Source of the DNA: a candidate division FCPU426 bacterium
GTDB lineage: Bacteria > Oederibacteriota > Muellerivitia > Muellerivitales > Muellerivitaceae
Assembly (NCBI GenBank): GCA_963719085.1
Contig: CAVRAL010000001.1
Coordinates: 512,001 to 576,000, forward strand
Length of the DNA: 64,000 nucleotides
Direction: 5' to 3'
Positions 1-8,991 of this stretch are shown in pieces. A model generated the notes under the pieces. That model was not told the DNA's origin. It made no database searches and saw only the letters and a list, made by a program, of their open reading frames with translations. How positions within the stretch are numbered: the first letter of the stretch is position 1; each line of letters starts with the position of its first letter. The position numbers were made by a program, and so were the translations under genes.

Positions 1-2
1 CG

Positions 3-614
3 CTGGTGGCCACGACGATCGCGGAATATTTCCGGGACCGGGGCAAAAAAGTTTTGCTCATGATGGACTCAATTACCCGTTTCGCGATGGCGCATCGGGA
101 GGTGGGGTTGGCGATCGGCGAGCCGCCGACCACCAAGGGTTACACACCGTCGGTTTTCGCGGTTTTGCCCAAGCTTTTGGAGCGGGCCGGAAATACCGCC
201 CACGCGGGCAGTATCACGGGGCTCTACACGGTCTTGGTGGAGGCGGATGATATTAATGAACCGGTGGCGGACGCCTGCCGGGCGATTTTAGACGGACACG
301 TGGTGTTGTCACGGGAGTTGGCCACGCGCAACCACTATCCCGCGGTGGATGTTTTAAACAGCGTGTCGCGGGTCATGAATGATATTGTGACCCTGGAACA
401 CCGCCGGGCGGCGGCGAAGGTTCGGACGCTTTTGGCGTCTTTGAAGAATGTCGAGGACTTACTCTCGATTGGGGCTTATGTCCGGGGGACCAACCCCGAA
501 GTGGATGAGGCGCTCAAACGCAATGATGAGATGAACGGTTTCTTGAGACAGGAACAAAACGAATCCAGTTCGTTTCAAGAAACGACGACGAAATTAAAAG
601 CTTTTTTGAGCTAA
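3..614 (+). CDS. fliI: Flagellar export ATPase FliI (C-terminal part; 5' end outside window)
   Basis: Walker B region [56 protein letters not shown]; followed by fliJ. Confidence 0.95.
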   Translation: MVATTIAEYFRDRGKKVLLMMDSITRFAMAHREVGLAIGEPPTTKGYTPSVFAVLPKLLERAGNTAHAGSITGLYTVLVEADDINEPVADACRAILDGHVVLSRELATRNHYPAVDVLNSVSRVMNDIVTLEHRRAAAKVRTLLASLKNVEDLLSIGAYVRGTNPEVDEALKRNDEMNGFLRQEQNESSSFQETTTKLKAFLS

Positions 615-621
615 GGGGACC

Positions 622-1104
622 ATGGCGCGCGCTTTTTCGTTTCGTTTAGACCAAGTTTTGGGTTACCGGCGCCAGTTGGAAAATCTTTCGATCCGAAAGA
701 TGGCCCAGGCGCAGGGCCGCTGGATGAGTGTTCAAACAGCTTTGGAAGAGCGGAAGAATCAAAAGGACGATTTACGCGGTTGGTTTTTGGAAGAAGAGCG
801 AAAAGGCTCCTTTTTCGTGGAGCAGGCGGCCGGTTACACCGAATATTTAGATTTTCTTTCGGGGCAGGAAAAAAGTTTGCGGACGAAAGAGAAAAAGGCG
901 AAAGCGGAGATTGAGAAATGCCGTGAAGAGGTGGTGCGGGCCGCGCAAAAGCGCCGCTTGCTGGAGGGCTTGAGGGAAAAGCGCCTGTCGGCCCATCAGG
1001 CGGAAGTGTTGAAGGAAGAACAGGGCTTTTTGGACGAGCTTTCATCGATCGCTTTTATTCGCCGTGATCGGGCATCTCGTGCCCGGCGGGCGTTCGAGGT
1101 TTAA
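622..1104 (+). CDS. fliJ: Flagellar export protein FliJ
   Basis: N-terminal FSFRLDQVLGYR, coiled coil, LEGLREKR...EEQGFLDE; directly after fliI. Confidence 0.88.
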   Translation: MARAFSFRLDQVLGYRRQLENLSIRKMAQAQGRWMSVQTALEERKNQKDDLRGWFLEEERKGSFFVEQAAGYTEYLDFLSGQEKSLRTKEKKAKAEIEKCREEVVRAAQKRRLLEGLREKRLSAHQAEVLKEEQGFLDELSSIAFIRRDRASRARRAFEV

Positions 1105-1122
1105 TTTCGGGGAGGTGAGATC

Positions 1123-1947
1123 GTGGATTTAGCAACCGTTATCGGACTGGCTTTAGGTTTAATCGGAATTTTGGGCGGCGCCTTTCTGGAAGGCATTCCG
1201 TTTCAGCATCTTTGGGGTTTATCCGCTTTTATGATTGTGACGGTGGGAACCGCCGGCGCCACGATCATGAGCTTCCCGGCTGAGAATATGAAAGAATTTT
1301 TCCCGGTCTTGCGCAAGGCGTTTCAACGCCAAGAGCTGGATCCGGGCGCCATTGTCACCCAATTGGTCGGGTTCGCCACCAAGGCGCGCCGCGAGGGTTT
1401 GCTGGGGCTTGAGGAAGAATCGGAGACGGTCGCCGATCCCTTTTTGAAGAAAGGCCTGCAGTTGGTCGTGGACGGAACCGACATTGAAATGATCCGTAAT
1501 ATCATGGAGACGGACATCGCCTTTTTGGAAGCCCGCCATAAAGTCGGGGAAGCCATGTTCGGGACCTTCGGCGGATTCGCGCCGACCTTAGGGATCATCG
1601 GAACCGTTTTGGGTCTGGTGCACGCCTTAGGCGGTTTGAGCGCCAGCGCCGGGAATAATACGGACGCGATCTTGGAGGTTATCGGCGCTATCGCGACGGC
1701 CTTCATCGCCACTTTTTACGGTATTTCCTTGGCGAACATCTTCTTTTTGCCGATTTCGTTCAAGTTGAAACAAAACAACCAGCAGGAAGTTTTGCTTCGG
1801 GAAGTCATGCTGGAGGGAATTCTCTCGATCTCGGCGGGAGATAATCCCAGGATTGTGGAAGAAAAGCTGAAGGCTTTCTTGCCGCCCAAGCTTAAGATGA
1901 ACATGGAAGCTCAAAAAGACGCGGCCGCTGGGAAGGAACAACAATAA
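1123..1947 (+). CDS. motA: Flagellar stator protein MotA
   Basis: MDLATVIGL start, ARREGLLGLE, FAPTLGIIGTVLGL, GDNPRIVEEKL; GGAGG RBS. Confidence 0.95.
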   Translation: MDLATVIGLALGLIGILGGAFLEGIPFQHLWGLSAFMIVTVGTAGATIMSFPAENMKEFFPVLRKAFQRQELDPGAIVTQLVGFATKARREGLLGLEEESETVADPFLKKGLQLVVDGTDIEMIRNIMETDIAFLEARHKVGEAMFGTFGGFAPTLGIIGTVLGLVHALGGLSASAGNNTDAILEVIGAIATAFIATFYGISLANIFFLPISFKLKQNNQQEVLLREVMLEGILSISAGDNPRIVEEKLKAFLPPKLKMNMEAQKDAAAGKEQQ

Positions 1948-1983
1948 TGATTTCTCGCGAATCGCGCACACCAGGAGCCCGGC

Positions 1984-2772
1984 ATGCCTAAGCGCCGCAA
2001 AGGAGGGCATGAGGCCGGTTTGGAATTGGAATCCGGCGGTATGATGCGTTGGCTTTTGACTTACGCCGACATGATCACGCTTTTGCTGGCCCTGTTCGTC
2101 GTGCTTTTCGCCTTGTCGACGATCAACAAGGCCACGGTTTTGCGTATTGTGTTTGACCAGTTCCGCGCGGTGTTCGGCCCCATTCAGGGGAACATCACGG
2201 TGCTGCCCGCTCAATCGGCCAATCCGGGCGTTCACTATAAAGTGATTCCGGGGGAGCCGGAAGAAGGCGGCCCGGGCGGACCTAAAAAGCCCAATTCGCC
2301 CCCGACGGGCGATGAGAAGATGAATAAAATAGAAGTTGAGGCGCGTTCCTTGTTACAGCCCCAATTAGGGGCGAAAAAGGTGCTCATTCGCCGGGAAGCC
2401 CGCGGATTAGTGATCAGCTTATTGACGGATAAGGTTTTATTCGATTTAGGGGACTATCATTTAAAGAAAGAGATGCGGGAAGTCCTGAATCAAGTGTCGG
2501 TGGTGTTGAATCATTTCCCTGAAAACCAAATCGCGGTGGAAGGCTATACGGATGATTTGGCGGGGGGATCGGGTGGAATTTCGGATAATTGGCAGCTCTC
2601 GGCTTTGCGGTCGACTTCGGTTGTAGAATATCTAGTGACCGCGCGGGGGATCGATCCGAGCCGGTTATCGGCCGCCGGTTATGGGGAATATAAGCCTTTA
2701 GTCCCTAATATCAGTGAGGCCAATCGAAGGCTGAATCGCCGTGTGGATATTGTCATAATGAAGTTAGACTAA
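1984..2772 (+). CDS. motB: Flagellar stator protein MotB
   Basis: WLLTYADMITLLLALFVVL helix with conserved Asp; OmpA-like domain (NWQLSALR, GYGEYKP, NRRVDIVI). Confidence 0.95.
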   Translation: MPKRRKGGHEAGLELESGGMMRWLLTYADMITLLLALFVVLFALSTINKATVLRIVFDQFRAVFGPIQGNITVLPAQSANPGVHYKVIPGEPEEGGPGGPKKPNSPPTGDEKMNKIEVEARSLLQPQLGAKKVLIRREARGLVISLLTDKVLFDLGDYHLKKEMREVLNQVSVVLNHFPENQIAVEGYTDDLAGGSGGISDNWQLSALRSTSVVEYLVTARGIDPSRLSAAGYGEYKPLVPNISEANRRLNRRVDIVIMKLD

Positions 2773-2797
2773 TTCTTAAATTAATTCACGAGGAGGG

Positions 2798-3277
2798 ATG
2801 AAAATGGCGGATCAAACAGACAAGGGCACCCGGAATTTATTAAACCTGGCGGTGCTTTTAAGCGGCCTCTGCGTACTGGGGATCATCGGGTTGGCGCTCG
2901 GCGAGTACTTTTTATGGGCGGCCAAAGCGAAAAACCAGGAAACCAAGATCATCGAACAAAAACCCGAGCCCGGAAAAATTCTGGATTTGGGAAGCTTCAC
3001 CGTCAACCTGGCGGATGAGGACGCCTCCCGTTATGTGAAGGCGGAAGTTCAGATTGAGTACAGCCCGACGAACTTGGAATTGGATAAAGAGGTCCAATCG
3101 CGTGTTCCCCAGTTTCAGGACATGATCAACAGCCTGTTGGGGGACTATAAGGCCGACGAGTTATCCACCTCGGAAGGCAAAGAAAAATTCCGCCGGGATC
3201 TTCAACTGAAGATCAACGAAACGCTCAAGTTCGGCGCGGTGACCAACATCTTTTTGACTCAGTTCGCGATCCAATAA
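2798..3277 (+). CDS. fliL: Flagellar basal body protein FliL
   Basis: Single N-terminal TM, FTVNLAD...YVK, EGKEKFR..L..KIN, IFLTQFAIQ C-terminus; between motB and fliM. Confidence 0.92.
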   Translation: MKMADQTDKGTRNLLNLAVLLSGLCVLGIIGLALGEYFLWAAKAKNQETKIIEQKPEPGKILDLGSFTVNLADEDASRYVKAEVQIEYSPTNLELDKEVQSRVPQFQDMINSLLGDYKADELSTSEGKEKFRRDLQLKINETLKFGAVTNIFLTQFAIQ

Positions 3278-3300
3278 ACTAGTTAGGGAAGAAGGGTGTT

Positions 3301-4326
3301 ATGGATGATCTTTTATCGGACGGCGAAGTAAGCGCGCTGCTTTCTGAATTGGACGCCGGGATGACCGGGTCCGATTCCAGTGAAGCTTCGTCCAGCGGGG
3401 CCCCGGAAGCCGGAGTGACGTTGGATGAGCGCGGCCGCAAGATCAAAACCTATGATTTCAACCGGCCCAACCGGTTTTCCAAAGACCACATGCGCACGCT
3501 GGAAATGCTGCATGAGATCTTTTCCCGCGGGTTCACCGCGGCGGTGGCGGCTTATTTGCGCACGGTGGCCGAAATTAAAGTGGTGTCGGTGACCCAATTG
3601 CCGTTCCGGGAATACACCATGTCGCTTCCCCGGCCCGATTGTATTTTCGTTTTAAAGATGGAGCCTTTGGAAGGCTCCTTCCTCATGGAAATTAATCCGG
3701 AGCTGGTTTTGACTTTGATCGACCGCATCTTGGGCGGTCCGGGAAAAGCCCCAAACGCGGCCCGGGAATTGACCTTGATCGAGCAATCGGTCATTGAGAA
3801 AATCGTCAATCGGGGCATGGAAAACCTTCAGGAGGCTTGGCTCAAGGTCGGGCATTTTCAGCCCAAGCTCACCGGTTATGAAACCACGGCTCAATTCGTC
3901 CAGATCGTGGCGCCCAATGAGATCGCGGCGGTCATTGAATTTGAGGTGAAGATCAACGAAATCACCGGGAAAATGTCGATGTGCATTCCTTACGTGGTTT
4001 TGGAGCCCGTGATCGGGGATCTCTCCGCTCAAAAGTGGTTTACGGTCGGCAAGAAAGAATCCACCACCGAGACGGTCGAGAATTTGACCAAAGTCATGAA
4101 GGGAACGACGATCCCGATCGTGGCCCAAGTGGGCAAGACCCAGATTAATATCCGGGAATTGTTGAACTTGAAAGCCGGGGACGTGATCCGGCTGAACACC
4201 AGCCCGCACGCTGAAATTGAGATATTGATCGAAGGGTTGGTGAAGCTGAGCGGGCGCCCCGGCGTTTCCTCAAAAAAGAAGGCGATTCAAATTACCCGGG
4301 TTCATTCCCGGGAAAATATTTCCTAA
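3301..4326 (+). CDS. fliM: Flagellar motor switch protein FliM
   Basis: N-terminal LSDGEVSALL CheY-binding peptide, YDFNRPNRFSKDHMRTL, ELTLIEQ, C-terminal SpoA domain. Confidence 0.96.
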   Translation: MDDLLSDGEVSALLSELDAGMTGSDSSEASSSGAPEAGVTLDERGRKIKTYDFNRPNRFSKDHMRTLEMLHEIFSRGFTAAVAAYLRTVAEIKVVSVTQLPFREYTMSLPRPDCIFVLKMEPLEGSFLMEINPELVLTLIDRILGGPGKAPNAARELTLIEQSVIEKIVNRGMENLQEAWLKVGHFQPKLTGYETTAQFVQIVAPNEIAAVIEFEVKINEITGKMSMCIPYVVLEPVIGDLSAQKWFTVGKKESTTETVENLTKVMKGTTIPIVAQVGKTQINIRELLNLKAGDVIRLNTSPHAEIEILIEGLVKLSGRPGVSSKKKAIQITRVHSRENIS

Positions 4327-4338
4327 GACAGGAAGACC

Positions 4339-5289
4339 ATGTCGGATGTCCAGAAGCTGCAAGCCGTAGGCGCCTTGGCGGCCCAGGGAATGGGGGAAAC
4401 CCTTAATTCCTTGTTGGGGCGCGAGGTTCAGGTGCATTTTTCCAACGTGGAAGATATGCCGCCGGGGAACATCGCCGCGACTTTGGCGGGTTCTTATTTT
4501 ATGTCCAATTTTTCCGTGACGGGTTTTATCAACGGCTCCGCCGCCTTGATGGTCAAAGAAAAGGACGCCTCGATTATCGCGGACCTTTTGATCGGGCAGG
4601 ATGGAACCAACGCGCCTGAAAAAATGACCGAGCTTCATTTGTCGGCCTTCGGCGAGGTCGTGCATCAATTGGGGGAAGCGTTCGCCCAGGCCGTTCAAAA
4701 ATCCGGCGGGACGAAGATCGCTTTTCAGCCGAACCAAATGTCGTCCCAGGAACCCTCCGGTGTTGAGGCGTGGTTGAATCAGCTGGGCCCCAACGTGACT
4801 GTTTTTTCTTTTGGTCTTTCTTCGCAGGATTTGTTGTCGGGGGATATCTATTTTTATCTCCCTGAATCGACGGCTAGTCGGCTGGGCGATGGAGCAGGGA
4901 AATCGGCGGGTCCAAAACCGGCCGGTTCATTTCAACAAGGTGCGCCTCCGCAGGCCACCCCAACTCGGTCTGGAGGTGTTGTGATGCAACAATTAGAAAA
5001 TGAGTTTTCAGGTTCCGCCAAGGTCGGCGGGAATATCGCTTTGCTCATGGATGTGCCCTTGAAGTTGACGGTGGAATTGGGCCGCACGACCAAGTTGGTG
5101 AAGGAAATCCTGGCTTTGGCGCCGGGCTCGGTGGTGGAACTGGATAAATTGGCGGGGGAAGCCGTTGATATTTTGGTCAACGAGAAATTGATCGCCAAAG
5201 GGGAAGTGGTCGTGATCGACGAGAACTTCGGCGTTCGCATCACTGAAATTATTAATCCAGAGGAACGGTTAAACGCCGTTCAGTCCTGA
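4339..5289 (+). CDS. fliY: Flagellar switch protein FliY/FliN (CheC-like N-domain + FliN domain)
   Basis: C-terminal NIALLMDVPLKLTVELGRT...GEVVVIDENFGVRITEI; ~180-aa CheC-like N-terminal region. Confidence 0.85.
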   Translation: MSDVQKLQAVGALAAQGMGETLNSLLGREVQVHFSNVEDMPPGNIAATLAGSYFMSNFSVTGFINGSAALMVKEKDASIIADLLIGQDGTNAPEKMTELHLSAFGEVVHQLGEAFAQAVQKSGGTKIAFQPNQMSSQEPSGVEAWLNQLGPNVTVFSFGLSSQDLLSGDIYFYLPESTASRLGDGAGKSAGPKPAGSFQQGAPPQATPTRSGGVVMQQLENEFSGSAKVGGNIALLMDVPLKLTVELGRTTKLVKEILALAPGSVVELDKLAGEAVDILVNEKLIAKGEVVVIDENFGVRITEIINPEERLNAVQS

Positions 5290-5316
5290 TCCGACTGAAA
5301 CCGGTCCGGCTTTAGG

Positions 5317-5988
5317 ATGTCCACTCCTCAGCGTTTTTTTTTATTTCCCGGGTTGGTTTTATGCCTGCTTTTGGGGGGGCTCCAGCCCCGCGCTTGGGCC
5401 ATTGATTCTAACAGCGCTCTTTTTTCCCAAAACTCACCTCAAACCTCCGCCGTTTCCTCGCCGCAAACTTTGGCTTTGCCCGAAGCCACACCGAATCCCG
5501 CGCCAAGTTTTTTTTCCATTTTCGTGCGGCTCGTCTTAGCGCTGGGCATCACCCTGGGGCTTATTTACGCGACCGTTTGGGGTTTGAAGCTTATTTGGGA
5601 AAAACAGGGCTGGAACGTCAAGATTGACGAGGGCAAACCCATCCGGGTCCTGAACTCAATGCATTTGGGGCCCCGAAAAACCGTTCAAGTGGTGGAGGTG
5701 GGCAAACGCCTTTTGGTTTTGGGCGTGGGTCACGAGGAAGTGAATTGCTTGGCGGTCATCACCGAGCCGGAAGAAATTGACTCCATTAAGCAGGCCAGCC
5801 AAACGGCTTTCCCGCATCTGCTGCAGCGCGTGGTTCGCAAGCAAGAGGGAGTGACCCCGGATTCCGCGCCGGAGAAAGTGTTCGAGGAAAGCCGGCAAGT
5901 GATGGATGGCTACTTGAACAAATTGAAGTCGATTTCCAAAAGAAAAAAAGACAAAGACCAAGACGGCGGTGGCGCGGGTGAAAAGTAA
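5317..5988 (+). CDS. fliO: Flagellar biosynthesis protein FliO/FliZ
   Basis: TM followed by [29 protein letters not shown]; position before fliP. Confidence 0.88.
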   Translation: MSTPQRFFLFPGLVLCLLLGGLQPRAWAIDSNSALFSQNSPQTSAVSSPQTLALPEATPNPAPSFFSIFVRLVLALGITLGLIYATVWGLKLIWEKQGWNVKIDEGKPIRVLNSMHLGPRKTVQVVEVGKRLLVLGVGHEEVNCLAVITEPEEIDSIKQASQTAFPHLLQRVVRKQEGVTPDSAPEKVFEESRQVMDGYLNKLKSISKRKKDKDQDGGGAGEK

Positions 5989-6724
5989 GAAACTGTTTTT
6001 TTACGCGTTTCTATTTTTGATGGCCGCGGCGGGCGCCCAGGCCGCCGATGTTTCTTTCCCGACTATCCGCCTCGGCGTGGATCAGGCGAAGACTCCCCAG
6101 GATGTAGTGTTGAGTTTGCAGATTTTATTGATCCTTACCGTCCTCTCCCTGGCGCCGGCCATCCTGATCATGATGACTTCATTCACCCGGATCGTCATTA
6201 TTCTTTCCTTTTTGCGGCAGGGACTGGGAACCCAACAGGTCCCTCCCAACCAGGTTTTGGTGGGACTGGCCTTGTTTTTGACCTTCTTTACCATGCATCC
6301 CACTTTCGATCAAATCGATAAAACAGCCCTCACGCCTTATCTTCAAGGGAAGCTCAGCACGCCGGACGCTTTCGAGAAGGCGCAGATTCCTTTAAGGCAA
6401 TTCATGTTCAAACAAACGAGGGAAAAGGACCTGGCTTTGTTTGTGGCGCTTTCCAAGTCCAGCCGGCCCCGCACCCCCGATGATGTCTCGACCTGGGTCT
6501 TGGTTCCGGCCTTTGTCATCAGCGAGCTCAAAAAGGCTTTTGAGATGGGTTTTGTGATTTTCATCCCCTTTTTAATCATTGATATGGTGACCGCCTCCGT
6601 CTTGATGTCGATGGGCATGATGATGCTGCCGCCCGTCTTGATATCGCTTCCCTTTAAAATTTTGTTGTTCGTGATGGTGGATGGTTGGAACCTCATTGTT
6701 CGGTCGATTGTTTTAAGTTATTAA
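5969..6724 (+). CDS. fliP: Flagellar export gate protein FliP
   Basis: [48 protein letters not shown]. Confidence 0.98.
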   Translation: MARVKSKKLFFYAFLFLMAAAGAQAADVSFPTIRLGVDQAKTPQDVVLSLQILLILTVLSLAPAILIMMTSFTRIVIILSFLRQGLGTQQVPPNQVLVGLALFLTFFTMHPTFDQIDKTALTPYLQGKLSTPDAFEKAQIPLRQFMFKQTREKDLALFVALSKSSRPRTPDDVSTWVLVPAFVISELKKAFEMGFVIFIPFLIIDMVTASVLMSMGMMMLPPVLISLPFKILLFVMVDGWNLIVRSIVLSY

Positions 6725-6754
6725 GCGGTTCCCGCCGGGGGACAGGAGAAGCCT

Positions 6755-7024
6755 ATGTCCGTTGATTTTATCGCCGACTTGGCGAACCGAGCCCTGTTGG
6801 TGACCCTTCTGGTGTCCGCGCCCATTTTAGGGCTAGGGTTGGTGGTGGGGGTCTTGGTTTCCATTTTCCAGGCGGTCACCCAAATCCAGGAAATGACCCT
6901 TTCGTTTATCCCGAAAATCATCGCGATTTTTGTGGCCATTCTTATTTTTGGAAAATGGATGATGCTCATCCTGATGAATTTCACGTCCGATTTGTGGATC
7001 AACATGCCGACTTATTTTAAGTGA
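6755..7024 (+). CDS. fliQ: Flagellar export gate protein FliQ
   Basis: SIFQAVTQIQEMTLSFIPKI. Confidence 0.97.
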   Translation: MSVDFIADLANRALLVTLLVSAPILGLGLVVGVLVSIFQAVTQIQEMTLSFIPKIIAIFVAILIFGKWMMLILMNFTSDLWINMPTYFK

Positions 7025-7031
7025 GGCTCCA

Positions 7032-7817
7032 TTGCCCTTAAGTCCGTTTGATTTCAACTCGAAAGATGTGGTGGCTTTTATCCTGGTGTTGATGCGGGTG
7101 GCCGGCTTATTTTTGACTTCGCCCATTTTTTCCAGCGCCACGATTCCGGCGCAAGTGAAGGCGGCTTGGACCCTTTTGGTGGCTTTTATCATTTTTCCCC
7201 TGGTGGACACCAGTTCGATCTCCATGCCGGAACTGGGCATGCCTTTCGCGCTGGCCGTGGTGCGGGAGCTGATGGTGGGTTTTGTGGTGGGTTTGGGGGC
7301 CTATTTAATTTTTGTGGGCATCCAAATGGCGGGGCAGCTGATCGACATCCAAATGGGATTTGGATTGGTCAATGTGGTGGACCCCATTACCAGCACCCAG
7401 GTGTCGGTGATGGGCCAATACTATTACATGGTGGCGTTGGTTGTCTTTTTGGCGGTGGACGGCCATCACCTGTTGATTCGGGGGATCGTCCAAAGCTTTG
7501 ATTTGATTCCCTTGGGCCAGGCGCACTTTACGGCGGCTTTGACGGACAAAATGAACGGTCTTTTTTCACAGGTCTTTTTCATCGCTTTCAAGGTGGGGGC
7601 CCCGGTCATCGGCGCGCTTTTTATCACCAACTTGGCCTTGGGCATCATCGCCCGGACGGTCCCGCAAATGAACGTTTTTATCGTGGGGATGCCGCTCAAC
7701 GTGATGGTGGGTTTGACGGTGGTGGCGATGTCGATGAGTTTCTTTGTTTATGTTTTGCAGGACATGTATCACGGTCTTTACCGCGATATGGCGGTTTTAA
7801 TCCAGACGATGCGTTGA
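7032..7817 (+). CDS. fliR: Flagellar export gate protein FliR
   Basis: AGQLIDIQMGFG, DGHHLLI, ARTVPQMNVFIVGMPL. Confidence 0.97.
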   Translation: MPLSPFDFNSKDVVAFILVLMRVAGLFLTSPIFSSATIPAQVKAAWTLLVAFIIFPLVDTSSISMPELGMPFALAVVRELMVGFVVGLGAYLIFVGIQMAGQLIDIQMGFGLVNVVDPITSTQVSVMGQYYYMVALVVFLAVDGHHLLIRGIVQSFDLIPLGQAHFTAALTDKMNGLFSQVFFIAFKVGAPVIGALFITNLALGIIARTVPQMNVFIVGMPLNVMVGLTVVAMSMSFFVYVLQDMYHGLYRDMAVLIQTMR

Positions 7818-7824
7818 GGTAAGC

Positions 7825-8901
7825 ATGGCGGATCCGGCAAAAACTGAAAGGGCGACGCCCAAAAGGCGGCAAGAGGCGCGGGAACGCGGCCAAGTGGTCC
7901 GGTCCATGGAAGTCAACTCGGTCATCATCCTGATCGCGGCGCTTTTTACTTTTCGCTACGCCGGCCCCTACATGATGAAGACCATCGGCGATGTTTGGAT
8001 TTTTACTTATCAAAACATGATGTTGAGTTTTGGGATGGAAAATGTATACAGCTATGGTTTGTTTTTCGCGGGCCAAATCGTCCTTCTGATCGCCCCCCTT
8101 TTGGCGGTGGTTTTAATCGTCTCCTTGATCTCGAATTATCTGCAAGTGGGAGTCATGTTTAGTTTAAAACCCATGACGCCTAAGCTGAGCAATATCAGCC
8201 CCGCGACCGGGTTTGGCCGCATCTTTTCCCGCCGATCGGGTGTGGAGTTGGTCAAGGCGGTCTTGAAGATTGTCATCATCGGCTGGATCGCCTATGACGG
8301 GATCAAGGGAGCCCTGCCTCAGCTGGTGCCGGCCATGGATATGCCGGGCTCAGTCGCGGTCCAGTTTGTGGGCGGACTGGCCATGTCCATTTTGGACCAC
8401 ATTCTTTTCGCCTTGATCGCCTTGGCGATCTTGGATTATTTTTACCAACGATGGGAATATGAGGAAAGTTTGAAGATGACCAAGCAAGAAATCAGGGATG
8501 AGCTCCGCCAGTCGGAGGGCGACCCCCTGATCAAGGCCCGGATTCGCCAGCTTCAGCGGGAAATGGCCCGGCGGCGCATGTTTGAGGCGATTCCGCGGGC
8601 GGATGTGGTGGTGACCAACCCCACCCACGTGGCGGTGGCCCTGGAATATAAAGACGGCATGGGAGCCCCCGTGGTACTGGCTAAAGGGGAGCGGGTAATC
8701 GCCCAAAAAATCAAGGAAATCGCGCTAAAAAACAAGATTCCGATCGTGGAAAACCCCCCGATCGCCCGGGCCCTATTAAAATCCTGTCCGGTGGGGGCCC
8801 AGATTCCGGGAAACCTTTATGAGGCGGTCGCCGAGATTTTGGCCTTTGTTTATCGTATGAATAAAAAGCGCAATAGTACGACCCTTTCCGCCACGGTTTG
8901 A
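7825..8901 (+). CDS. flhB: Flagellar export protein FlhB
   Basis: KTERATPKR, MTKQEIRDE..QSEGDP, autocleavage motif NPTH. Confidence 0.98.
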   Translation: MADPAKTERATPKRRQEARERGQVVRSMEVNSVIILIAALFTFRYAGPYMMKTIGDVWIFTYQNMMLSFGMENVYSYGLFFAGQIVLLIAPLLAVVLIVSLISNYLQVGVMFSLKPMTPKLSNISPATGFGRIFSRRSGVELVKAVLKIVIIGWIAYDGIKGALPQLVPAMDMPGSVAVQFVGGLAMSILDHILFALIALAILDYFYQRWEYEESLKMTKQEIRDELRQSEGDPLIKARIRQLQREMARRRMFEAIPRADVVVTNPTHVAVALEYKDGMGAPVVLAKGERVIAQKIKEIALKNKIPIVENPPIARALLKSCPVGAQIPGNLYEAVAEILAFVYRMNKKRNSTTLSATV

Positions 8902-8991
8902 AAGACCGGTGGTTGAAAAAGGTTAAAGAAGAAAGCCGTAAATGACGCTAAAATAGCGGGCCATGTTCATTTAATCTGAACCGAGGAAAAA

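Noticed and set aside
8924..8951. sigma28-like TAAA-N16-GACGCTAA before flhA
   Set aside because: Spacing and -10 both deviate from the two better matches; too weak to call.
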